Shown here: one piece after another, positions 1-10,734 of the stretch | Numbering within the stretch: the first letter of the stretch is position 1 | How the letters are laid out: each line of letters begins with the position of its first letter | Source: Yuukianura sp. NJ FZ-2021 | Lineage: Eukaryota | DNA length: 64,000 nucleotides | Direction: 5' to 3' | Assembly (NCBI GenBank): GCA_046563655.1 | Contig: CM102285.1 | Span: 6,572,001 to 6,636,000 of the forward strand | Notes under the pieces: generated by a model | The model's database searches: none | Told to the model about the DNA's origin: nothing | What the model saw: the letters and a program-made list of their open reading frames with translations, nothing else | Program-made: the position numbers and the translations under genes

Positions 1-452
1 GCGCCGCGCTAGCGCTCTCTCATTTGATTTAACGGTTTTTTCTGCTACTCCAAAAACAGAAACAGATTTTTTTGGATTCTTTTGTAACGATGGCAGTTAG
101 TGGTAACTGTTTACTAAAAGAAAATAGGTCAAGCCCCCCCTCCCCACACCCCCAGCCCTTGTCCGTTCACCCCGCTCAAATCCAGTTTACCCAATAGGGC
201 ATGTGGTGGTGTGAAAGAAAGAAGAAAAAATTAAAAAAAATTATTAATTATACTAATAAAGTAAATTTAAATTGTTAATTAAGTTATTGTTAAATCTAAT
301 TTATAAACTTAAAGAAAAACAAATAAAAAAACAAGGTAGGGCAATGCTCAAGGGTTGAGCATAGGTCTTCTGGAGGGAGTTGACAATTGATACAACATTT
401 AGACCGGCCTACCTCAAAACTGTAGAAGAAATGAGAAACCGTTTTCATGGAG

Positions 453-903
453 TTGTTGCACCAAAACGTCGCTAAAAAGTTTCAGTGTGGATGCGAGGTC
501 CTATTTTGTGCATGAGTTGCACCAAAATTGCGTTGGCTGTTCTACCATTTAATTGCACCAAAATCATGTTGCAGTTTTGAGACCCAAAATATTTGCACTG
601 AATTGATGTTCTTAATTTGTTGAGCAAGATGCACGTAATGTATTGTCGGGGTTGCCATGGCAATAGACCATTAGCGAAAAGAGCGTAAACCAAACACCCT
701 CAAAATAATGATATTGAAATTGAGATTTGTGCATGATGCACAAATTTGAACCCTGAGAAGGATGGATCGAATATACCTTCTTTTAAATCGAAATCGGTTC
801 ATGAAGATGCGCATAATGTATTGTCGATGTTGTCAAGGTATGCTCAAAGTAGTTCTCAAACCTGCACAAACCTTCAATTGTGTGCATCATGCACAAAATT
901 GTA
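453..903. repeat. Cluster of short TGCAC(C)AAA motifs and palindromes, possibly a degraded transposon/MITE remnant
   Basis: TTGCACCAAAA occurs three times (~456-583). Palindromes are ATTTGTGCAT-G-ATGCACAAAT (725-745) and TGTGCAT-C-ATGCACA (881-895). Confidence 0.35.
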
Positions 904-1773
904 CGTTGTGGGGTGGGGTTCGAATATCGCTTGTTTATAATCAAAATTATAAAAATTTCTTGCAAAGGCAAATTTTAACCCTGCCAAGCACTGTTTCCAT
1001 ATTATGAGTTTCAGCCACATTTTCTACCCAGTTAAGTTTTAATTTAACAACGTGATTAAACTAGCTGTCAGAAAATGACAGGATCAAAACTTCGTTGTTT
1101 AAATATATTTTGAGTGTAATCGAAACCAAAATGTTTCCGAGAAACGACTGCACTTAGGGTGCATAAAGTGGCCGCCCATTTGCACGTTGTTAATATAACA
1201 CTTTGAGTGCAATGTAGACTTAATGAAAACACTTGAGGCATACGTAACCCCCCGCCAAAAATGGAGCTTATGTTTCAGCGCAAAAGATCCTAAAAAAGCG
1301 AACGGACGGACAGACAAAGTCGTATCAATAGTCTTCTTCAGCATGTCGTAGACATGCGTCTCCAGAAGACTAAAATGAAAAAAATTTTTTTTGAAAAAAT
1401 CTGGTTTCGAACTCGCGTCTTTTTTTCTCTCTATTTTCTGAACTGTATCTCTGCACAACTTCATCATTAAGGCAGTGTTGTAAATCTTCAAAAAAAAAAG
1501 AACTCATGAACTTCACACTGTAAGTTAAGTTTACATTTTTGCTTGTTGTAAGATTTCAACAAAAAGAATGGGATGGCGCTTGAGTTGGATTTTACATAGA
1601 ACGGGTGACTTCTTCATCTCTGTTTCTTTTCGTCTTTTGTTTCTCAACAATTCAAAAACATTACCACAGCTGTTGCGAACAAAACAAAAACAAATCAGTG
1701 TTAAAAACATTAAGTTGTTTTTCAAAAAAATCAAGACTTCGTCGTCCAAAAAAAAAAAATACAACGCATCAAA

Positions 1774-2936
1774 ATGCTGGTAAGTCCTGTTCGCTTATAA
1801 TTTCATTCGTTCACTCGTACTGAAAGCATTACAAATAACTGTCGGACTTTCAGAATGTTTTCGATGACCCTATTCGTGACCCGGATTTTGACCTAGAAGG
1901 AGTCGCGGTCGAATCGGTAAGTTTTTTTGTCTCATTTTTTTTTCAATTTTAAATTAAACAGAAAATTTTGAAAATTTAGCCAAGTGATTATACTTTGCGC
2001 CCGGCTCCTGCGGAAGAGACGCCTGGTCCAAGTGGTCGGACAAACGAGTACTGGGCCCTTCTGAGACAACAACGCCACAAACTTGACAAGTATCACCTTC
2101 TCAACATTACCGCCGTGTTTGCCACCCGCCGGCACTACGAATGCGGGTATCGTGAAGAAGTAGACGAACAAAATGAAAAAAAAATGGAAAAACAACACGA
2201 CGAAGAGATGTTCGTAGGTTATGGGGACAAGGACGTCGACTACTATCCGTGAGTGATTAATTTAAAATTATTTTCAGTTTTCAGAATTCAATTTTGGCTT
2301 TCGTTTTCTGTAGATTCAGATGGATTAAAATTCCATCGGACATGCCACCGGAACTGCGAGCAAAGTTTAACATGCTACGTCGGAGAGAGTATGGAACAAC
2401 TCTGGCGCAATCGGCCGTTGAAGTGCCAGGGAAACAATTTCAATATATGCAACTTGGGTTCAAAAAGAGAATTGTGGTAATATAAACCATTTTTTTTTTT
2501 GGAAATCCTGATTTGAATTTTATGTTTTTTTTAGCCTCAATTCAGCAAAACTTACGTGTGCTCCTCTTGTCGCTGCTGCTTTGCAACTAAGGAATTATAC
2601 CGAACGCATCGTTGTTGTTTTACGCAAAGTGTAGCCATCCAAACGGATGCACAAGACGTGCTGGATTCTCAACCCCCACCTATTGACTACTCATCTCTGT
2701 TCTGCGAGGGATGTCGGATGTCGTTTAAGCGGAAATTTACGTTCAAGCGATATTGTGAAAACATACACCCCAGGCGGTCTAATCCCGCCAAAGAGTACAA
2801 GTTTCAATGCCGCTGTCGCGATTACCAAACTGACCGCAATGACAATTATCTCCGCCATCTCAGAAGATGTAAAGTAGTGTTGGGGGGTTCAGTGCCACAT
2901 TATACTTTACTAACTTCAATAAAATTTTGGAATTAA
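1774..2936 (+). CDS. Spliced five-exon gene encoding a 300-aa protein with three C-terminal C2H2/C2HC-like zinc fingers. Coding exons: 1774-1779, 1854-1916, 1980-2248, 2314-2476, 2535-2936
   Basis: The ATG lies in a CAAAATG context. Introns are 1780-1853 (GTAAGT...TTTCAG), 1917-1979 (GTAAGT...TTTAG), 2249-2313 (GTGAGT...TGTAG) and 2477-2534 (GTAATA...TTTAG), 58-74 bp each. Phases 0,0,2,0 join the exons into one open 903-nt frame that includes the track ORFs 1995, 2294 and 2556. Finger motifs: YVCSSCRCCFATKELYRTHRC, FCEGCRMSFKRKFTFKRYCENIH, FQCRCRDYQTDRNDNYLRHLRRC. Confidence 0.8.
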
Positions 2937-3045
2937 ATATAATTACTATTTTAAGCTTTTTATTCAATGACAAAAATTCCATTATTGTAATTGTTGTAAT
3001 ATACAATCTTGAAAAGTAAAAGCACTTTTAAAGCAAAGGAAAGGG

Positions 3046-6000
3046 AGTATTTAGAAAGGTGGGTATTTAGAAAGGCAGTTTTTCTAGAATTTTAAACGGG
3101 GTTAAATTGCTCTGCAAATTCACAAAATGGCTGTATCTCGAGAAATATGGATTTCCGGTGAAATCTAATTACAAATTCGGATTCACCGACTTGAAATTGA
3201 TGTGAGTACACTTTCAAAGGTGGGTATTTAGAAAGGCAGTTTTTCTAGAATTTTGAAGGGGGTTAGATTGCTCTGCAAATTCACAAAATGGCTGTATCTC
3301 GAGAAATATGGATTGCCGGTGAAATCTAATTGCAAATTCGGATTCACCAACTTGAAATTGATGTGAGTACACTTTCAAAGGTGGACATTTAGACAGGTAG
3401 TTTTTCTAGAATTTTGTAAGGGGAAAAATTGCTTTGCAAATTCACAAAACGGCTGCATCTCGAGAAATATGGATTTCCGGTGAAATCTAATTGCAAATTC
3501 GGATTCACCGACTTGAAATTGATGTGAGTACACTTTCAAAGGTGGGTATTTAGAAAGGCAGTTTTTCTAGAATTTTGAAGGGGGAAAAATTGCTCTGCAA
3601 ATTCACAAAATGGCTGTATCTCGAGAAATATGGATTTCCGGTGAAATCTAATTGCAAATTCGGATTCACCGACTTGAAATTGATGTGAGTACACTTTCAA
3701 AGGTGGGTATTTAGAAAGGCAGTTTTTCTAGAATTTTGAAGGGGGTTAAATTGCTCTGCAAATTCGCAAAATGGCTGTATCTCGAGAAATATGGATTGCC
3801 GGTGAAATCTATTGCAAATTCGGATTCACCGACTTGAAATTGATGTGAGTACACTTTCAAAGGTGGGTATTTAGAAAGGTAGTTTTTCTATAATTTTGTA
3901 AGGGGAAAAATTGCTTTGCAAATTCACAAAACGGCTGCATCTCGAGAAATATGGATTTCCGGTGAAATCTAATTGCAAATTCGGATTCACCGACTTGAAA
4001 TTGATGTGAGTACACTTTCAAAGGTGGGTATTTAGAAAGGCAGTTTTTCTAGAATTTTGAAGGGGAAAAATTGCTCTGCAAATTCACAAAATGGCTGTAT
4101 CTCGAGAAATATGGATTTCCGGTGAAATCTAATTGCAAATTCGGATTCACCGACTTGAAATTGATGTGAGTACACTTTCAAAGGTGGGTATTTAGAAAGG
4201 CAGTTTTTCTAGAATTTTGAAGGGGGTTAAATTGCTCTGCAAATTCGCAAAATGGCTGTATCTCGAGAAATATGGATTGCCGGTGAAATCTATTGCAAAT
4301 TCGGATTCACCGACTTGAAATTGATGTGAGTACACTTTCAAAGGTGGGTATTTAGAAAGGTAGTTTTTCTATAATTTTGTAAGGGGAAAAATTGCTTTGC
4401 AAATTCACAAAATGGCTGTATCTCGAGAAATATGGATTTCCGGTGAAATCTAATTGCAAATTCGGATTCACCGACTTGAAATTGATGTGAGTACACTTTC
4501 AAAGGTGGGTATTTAGAAAGGCAGTTTTTCTAGAATTTTTAATGGGTTAAATTGCTCTGCAAATTCACAAAATGGCTGTATCTCGAGAAATATGGATTTC
4601 CGGTGAAATCTAATTGCAAATTCGGATTCGCCGACTTGAAATTGATGTGAGTACACTTTCAAAGGTGGACATTTAGACAGGTAGTTTTTCTAGAACTTTG
4701 TAACGGGAAAAATTGCTCTGCAAATTCACAAAATGGCTGTATCTCGAGAAATATGGATTGCCGGTGAAATCTATTGCAAATTCGGATTCACCGACTTGAA
4801 ATTGATGTGAGTACACTTTCAAAGGTGGGTATTTAGAAAGGCAGTTTTTCTAGAATTTTGAAGGGGTTTAGATTGCTCTGCAAATTCACAAAATGGCTGT
4901 ATCTCGAGAAATATGGATTGCCGGTGAAATCTAATTGCAAATTCGGATTCACCGACTTGAAATTGATGTGAGTACACTTTCAAAGGTGGGTATTTAGAAA
5001 GGCAGTTTTTCTACAATTTTGAAGGGGGTTAGATTGCTCTGCAAATTCACAAAATGGCTGTATCTCGAGAAATATGGATTGCCGGTGAAATCTAATTGCA
5101 AATTCGGATTCACCAACTTGAAATTGATGTGAGTACACTTTCAAAGGTGGACATTTAGACAGGTAGTTTTTCTAGAATTTTGTAAGGGGAAAAATTGCTT
5201 TGCAAATTCACAAAATGGCTGCATCTCGAGAAATATGGATTTCCGGTGAAATCTAATTGCAAATTCGGATTCACCGACTTGAAATTGATGTGAGTACACT
5301 TTCAAAGGTGGGTATTTAGAAAGGCAGTTTTTCTAGAATTTTGAAGGGGGAAAAATTGCTCTGCAAATTCACAAAATGGCTGTATCTCGAGAAATATGGA
5401 TTTCCGGTGAAATCTAATTGCAAATTCGGATTCACCGACTTGAAATTGATGTGAGTACACTTTCAAATGTGGGTATTTAGAAAGGCAGTTTTTCTAGAAT
5501 TTTGAAGGGGGTTAAATTGCTCTGCAAATTCACAAAATGGCTGTATCTCGAGAAATATGGATTGCCGGTGAAATCTATTGCAAATTCGGATTCACCGACT
5601 TGAAATTGATGTGAGTACACTTTCAAATGTGGGTATTTAGAAAGGTAGTTTTTCTATAATTTTGTAAGGGGAAAAATTGCTTTGCAAATTCACAAAATGG
5701 CTGTATCTCGAGAAATATGGATTTCCGGTGAAATCTAATTGCAAATTCGGATTCACCGACTTGAAATTGATGTGAGTACACTTTCAAAGGTGGGTATTTA
5801 GAAAGGCAGTTTTTCTAGAATTTTGAATTGGGTTAAATTGCTCTGCAAATTCACAAAATGGCTGTATCTCGAGAAATATGGATTTCCGGTGAAATCTAAT
5901 TGCAAATTCGGATTCACCGACTTGAAATTGATGTGAGTACACTTTCAAAGGTGGACATTTAGACAGGTAGTTTTTCTAGAATTTTGTAAGGGGAAAAATT

Positions 6001-8261
6001 GCTCTGCAAATTCACAAAATGGCTGTATCTCGAGAAATATGGATTGCCGGTGAAATCTATTGCAAATTCGGATTCACCGACTTGAAATTGATGTGAGTAC
6101 ACTTTCAAAGGTGGGTATTTAGAAAGGCAGTTTTTCTAGAATTTTGAAGGGGGTTAGATTGCTCTGCAAATTCACAAAATGGCTGTATCTCGAGAAATAT
6201 GGATTTCCGGTGAAATCTAATTACAAATTCGGATTCACCGACTTGAAATTGATGTGAGTACACTTTCAAAGGTGGGTATTTAGAAAGGCAGTTTTTCTAG
6301 AATTTTGAAGGGGGTTAGATTGCTCTGCAAATTCACAAAATGGCTGTATCTCGAGAAATATGGATTGCCGGTGAAATCTAATTGCAAATTCGGATTCACC
6401 AACTTGAAATTGATGTGAGTACACTTTCAAAGGTGGACATTTAGACAGGTAGTTTTTCTAGAATTTTGTAAGGGGAAAAATTGCTTTGCAAATTCACAAA
6501 ACGGCTGCATCTCGAGAAATATGGATTTCCGGTGAAATCTAATTGCAAATTCGGATTCACCGACTTGAAATTGATGTGAGTACACTTTCAAAGGTGGGTA
6601 TTTAGAAAGGCAGTTTTTCTAGAATTTTGAAGGGGGAAAAATTGCTCTGCAAATTCACAAAATGGCTGTATCTCGAGAAATATGGATTTCCGGTGAAATC
6701 TAATTGCAAATTCGGATTCACCGACTTGAAATTGATGTGAGTACACTTTCAAAGGAGGGTATTTAGAAAGGCAGTTTTTCTAGAATTTTGTAAGGGGAAA
6801 AATTGCTTTGCAAATTCACAAAATGGCTGTATCTCGAGAAATATGGATTTCCGGTGAAATCTAATTGCAAATTCGGATTCACCGACTTGAAATTGATGTG
6901 AGTACACTTTCAAAGGTGGGTATTTAGAAAGGCAGTTTTTCTAGAATTTTGAAGGGGGTTAAATTGCTCTGCAAATTCACAAAATGGCTGTATCTCGAGA
7001 AATATGGATTTCCGGTGAAATCTAATTGCAAATTCGGATTCGCCGACTTGAAATTGATGTGAGTACACTTTCAAAGGTGGACATTTAGACAGGTAGTTTT
7101 TCTAGAATTTTGTAAGGGGAAAAATTGCTCTGCAAATTCACAAAATGGCTGTATCTCGAGAAATATGGATTGCCGGTGAAATCTATTGCAAATTCGGATT
7201 CACCGACTTGAAATTGATGTGAGTACACTTTCAAAGGTGGGTATTTAGAAAGGCAGTTTTTCTAGAATTTTGAAGGGGGTTAGATTGCTCTGCAAATTCA
7301 CAAAATGGCTGTATCTCGAGAAATATGGATTTCCGGTGAAATCTAATTACAAATTCGGATTCACCGACTTGAAATTGATGTGAGTACACTTTCAAAGGTG
7401 GGTATTTAGAAAGGCAGTTTTTCTAGAATTTTGAAGGTGGTTAGATTGCTCTGCAAATTCACAAAATGGCTGTATCTCGAGAAATATGGATTGCCGGTGA
7501 AATCTAATTGCAAATTCGGATTCACCAACTTGAAATTGATGTGAGTACACTTTCAAAGGTGGACATTTAGACAGGTAGTTTTTCTAGAATTTTGTAAGGG
7601 GAAAAATTGCTTTGCAAATTCACAAAACGGCTGCATCTCGAGAAATATGGATTTCCGGTGAAATCTAATTGCAAATTCGGATTCACCGACTTGAAATTGA
7701 TGTGAGTACACTTTCAAAGGTGGGTATTTAGAAAGGCAGTTTTTCTAGAATTTTGTAAGGGGAAAAATTGCTCTGCAAATTCACAAAATGGCTGTATCTC
7801 GAGAAATATGGATTTCCGGTGAAATCTAATTGCAAATTCGGATTCACCGACTTGAAATTGATGTGAGTACACTTTCAAAGGTGGGTATTTAGAAAGGTAG
7901 TTTTTCTATAATTTTGTAAGGGGAAAAATTGCTTTGCAAATTCACAAAACGGCTGCATCTCGAGAAATATGGATTTCCGGTGAAATCTAATTGCAAATTC
8001 GGATTCACCGACTTGAAATTGATGTGAGTACACTTTCAAAGGTGGGTATTTAGAAAGGCAGTTTTTCTAGAATTTTGAAGGGGGAAAAATTGCTCTGCAA
8101 ATTCACAAAATGGCTGTATCTCGAGAAATATGGATTTCCGGTGAAATCTAATTGCAAATTCGGATTCACCGACTTGAAATTGATGTGAGTACACTTTCAA
8201 AGGTGGGTATTTAGAAAGGCAGTTTTTCTAGAATTTTGAAGGGGGTTAAATTGCTCTGCAA
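3046..8261. repeat. 160/161-bp satellite array, edge block (~32 monomers, variant-rich, higher-order repeat structure)
   Basis: Head-to-tail copies of GTACACTTTCAAAGGTGGGTATTTAGAAAGGCAGTTTTTCTAGAATTTTGAAGGGGTTAAATTGCTCTGCAAATTCACAAAATGGCTGTATCTCGAGAAATATGGATTGCCGGTGAAATCTAATTGCAAATTCGGATTCACCGACTTGAAATTGATGTGA with recurring diagnostic variants. Confidence 0.99.
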
Positions 8262-8810
8262 TGTGGGGAGGTATCCCCACAAACCCCTCTCAAAGCCTAT
8301 ATGGTTCCCTCGTCCTCCTCCGCTTCCCCCCAACAGCAGCAGCACAACAAGCCAATCGTCCCCTTAGTGCCAGAACACCAGTCCACTCAGCAGCCAATCA
8401 CAATCGCCGAGGATTGCATCAGCCAACTTCCCTGCAGCTCCTTCTGGCAGTTTCATCTTCTTCCTCCTCCACACGGTCCACAACAACAACTCACCAGAAG
8501 AGGACCTCGTCACTTCAGCTCCCAGTATCCGCCATCTTCCTTCTCCGTGTTCTGGACACGCTACTGCCCCACTTGACCCGGATTTGACCTCGACTGAACT
8601 CTGGACAAACCAGGGGATACCTGGTTGATCGTGCCAGGACCTCTCGACACTTCCACTACAAATTCATTGGCTATTCATACGTAAACGTATCTTTACTTTA
8701 TTAAAATAAACTAATTGATCATTGTAGCCGTGTGTCCCACCGTCCCACCATTTATTGCTGTCGAGTGGCCTTTGAGCCAGTCGTCGGGAAAGTCATCCGA
8801 CTTCCCCTCA
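8262..8810 (+). repeat. 5' LTR (549 bp)
   Basis: TGTGGGGAGG...CTTCCCCTCA, with imperfect terminal inverted repeat TG(T/A)GGGGA and AATAAA at 8705-8710. I found no differences from 13040-13588 by eye. Confidence 0.96.
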
Positions 8811-8812
8811 AG

Positions 8813-8848
8813 TGGGCGCTACAGCCGGGAATCGAAGCCCGTGACCTC
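8813..8848 (+). promoter_or_regulatory. Primer binding site (tRNA 3'-end complement, isoacceptor not assigned)
   Basis: TGG begins after a 2-nt spacer following the LTR. The reverse complement GAGGTCACGGGCTTCGATTCCCGGCTGTAGCGCCCA contains a T-loop (TTCGATT), a T-stem/acceptor-like strand and a terminal CCA. Confidence 0.75.
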
Positions 8849-10247
8849 ACTTGACCTCTACACAACCGAAGCGGAATCATACCAAAAGGAGCCATCGGCT
8901 CCACCAAAGGACCCACCTTGACCCCATCCTAATTTTTTTCATTTTCAGAATTTTTTTCATTTTTTCATCCTGTTTTTTTCATTTTTTTCTAAAATCTTTT
9001 TCGATTTTTTTCAGTTTTTTCGGGAGAAAGCGAGTTTGGAGCAGAAGCCACGCCGTAGCCAGAGCCGAAGCCACTCCACCCACGCTCCATCCACACCACA
9101 TCTTCAGCCGTAGAGCCGAGAGCCGAATTCCACGCTCCACACCCTTCCACGCTCCACATCACATCTCCACGTCATCATCTCCTTCGTCAGCCTCCAACCG
9201 TGAGCAAGTTGACCTCACGAGGCAAGGTCACATAGAGGTCACATCGTTCTTCCTTTTCTTTTTCTTTCGCGGTTTGTTTTTTAAGCAAGCCTGTTTCCCT
9301 TCCCCGAGCAACTTTTGTTAAAATACCCCGTCCCCCTGTCCGTTTTTTTCTAAAATTTAAAGAAGTTAGCGTTTTTTTCAAAATTAGGCGTTTTTCAAAA
9401 TAGCGCAGCGCCCCAGCTACCTAAAAGCAGCTCCCCTGAAACGTAGTCCCTTATCCCCATAGCTCTGGCCCCTTTTTCAAAAGTTTAAGCCCCCCCTGTC
9501 CCTTAAATTGAAAATTTTTGAAATTTTGGGTTGAAAATTTTTTGAAACATCCTAAACTTAAAACTTGGTTCCCCCTAACACCCCCCTGTCAAAATTTTTT
9601 TGAAATCCAAATAGTTTGAAATTTTCGCGCTTTTGCAAATTTATTTGCGAAAGTGACTAATTCCCAGAGTCGGCATATTTTTCCGATTTCCAATTCGTAG
9701 GTAACTACGACCACACGCAGACCCCACTTTTCCCCTGATTAGTCGGATTTTGCAGGCTTAAACTGGCTTAAATTGTTCCCAATCCCTAAAACCCGTTGCG
9801 TTAATGTTTCCAATTAGCTAATTTCAGTTTCCAGTCCCACTTTGCGAAATCAAAAGTTGTTTACTTGTCCCAAACCCCTGTCCAAAATTCTGAAAAGTTG
9901 AAAAACTTTGAAATTCCACAAACAGCTACTAGAAATAGTATGTTCAGTTGAAGTCTACCTAATCCTCGGACTTCACAGATTTTCCCGCCCATGCGAATTT
10001 CAATCGCACCAAATCCTACTGAAGTTACCCTGTAACCCGACGTCCAGGCTCTACGGTTTCCTGATCTGGTTTGGCTTGGCTGCTCTGTCACTACAGCTCG
10101 TTCTATTTTTGTTCACTGTTCTCTTTATTCTATGATTTTAGTTCTGTTTTGGTGGATTTTGGTTTCTTTTTGAAACCATAGCCCTAGACAGCAGCTCTTA
10201 CTTTCCCATTATTCTTTCTTGTAGTTTTTAGATAATTCAATCTGATT

Positions 10248-10706
10248 ATGTCTTCTAGTCCTTCATCTTCTAGCTCCTTGCAAAAGGATGTTACCCCCCG
10301 CAAGCGTTCCCCTCTCAACCGGAGAACGTTTGATGACCGTCCCATTTGCAATTATTGTAACCTGAGCGGACACGTGCGAAAGCATTGCCGTTTCTATTGG
10401 CAAGCTCAAGGAGTTAACCCCGAAGCTGCGGGATGTCGACCTGTAAATGGTCGTTCCCGTCAGTTCCCATCAGTGTTTACCGCTTCCCGGCCACATGTTA
10501 CCTCAACTCCCCTTGCGACGGGTCACACGGTTACTGTTCCACCTGTAACCCCCCCTGGGATTCCCCCCTCTGCACAGCCAGTCTCTCCCATAATCGACGA
10601 CCATTGGGGTCCGTTGATTTTATCCTCTCTGGATGAGATTAAACGTCTTCTTCAGTCCATGTCCCAATCCCAGCAGTCGCAGTTGGAAAACTCCAACGGC
10701 TGTTGA
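10248..10706 (+). CDS. gag: Mini-Gag / nucleocapsid-like protein (152 aa) with one CCHC zinc knuckle
   Basis: CNYCNLSGHVRKHC (C-X2-C-X4-H-X4-C) at 10347-10388, basic N-terminal part, Pro-rich linker, ends ...QLENSNGC* over a slippery site. An in-frame TAA at 10233 prevents upstream extension, so there is no capsid domain. Confidence 0.75.
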   Translation: MSSSPSSSSSLQKDVTPRKRSPLNRRTFDDRPICNYCNLSGHVRKHCRFYWQAQGVNPEAAGCRPVNGRSRQFPSVFTASRPHVTSTPLATGHTVTVPPVTPPGIPPSAQPVSPIIDDHWGPLILSSLDEIKRLLQSMSQSQQSQLENSNGC

Positions 10707-10734
10707 TGCAGGTGCGACAGCCTCAGGACCCTGT
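10685..10734 (+). promoter_or_regulatory. Predicted -1 programmed ribosomal frameshift signal
   Basis: G_GAA_AAC heptamer (10685-10691) in the correct register of ORF1, a 6-nt spacer, and stem GGCTGTTG (10698-10705) / CGACAGCC (10715-10722). A possible pseudoknot pairs loop GCAGG (10708-10712) with CCTGT (10730-10734). The -1 frame is open from the heptamer directly into the 481-aa ORF. Confidence 0.7.

Noticed and set aside
472..1823. Short ORFs in the left flank on both strands
   Set aside because: They are AT-rich, overlap each other, are Lys/Phe-rich from homopolymer runs, mostly have non-ATG starts and show no motifs.
8261..8587. ORFs 8261-8587 and 8301-8576 as genes
   Set aside because: They lie wholly inside the C-rich LTR, where stops are rare. 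The 8261 ATG is created by the TSD/LTR junction, and no domain is recognisable.
8813..8848. tRNA gene on the minus strand
   Set aside because: Only a 3'-half-like segment is present, with no D-arm or anticodon arm. Its position next to the LTR identifies it as a PBS.
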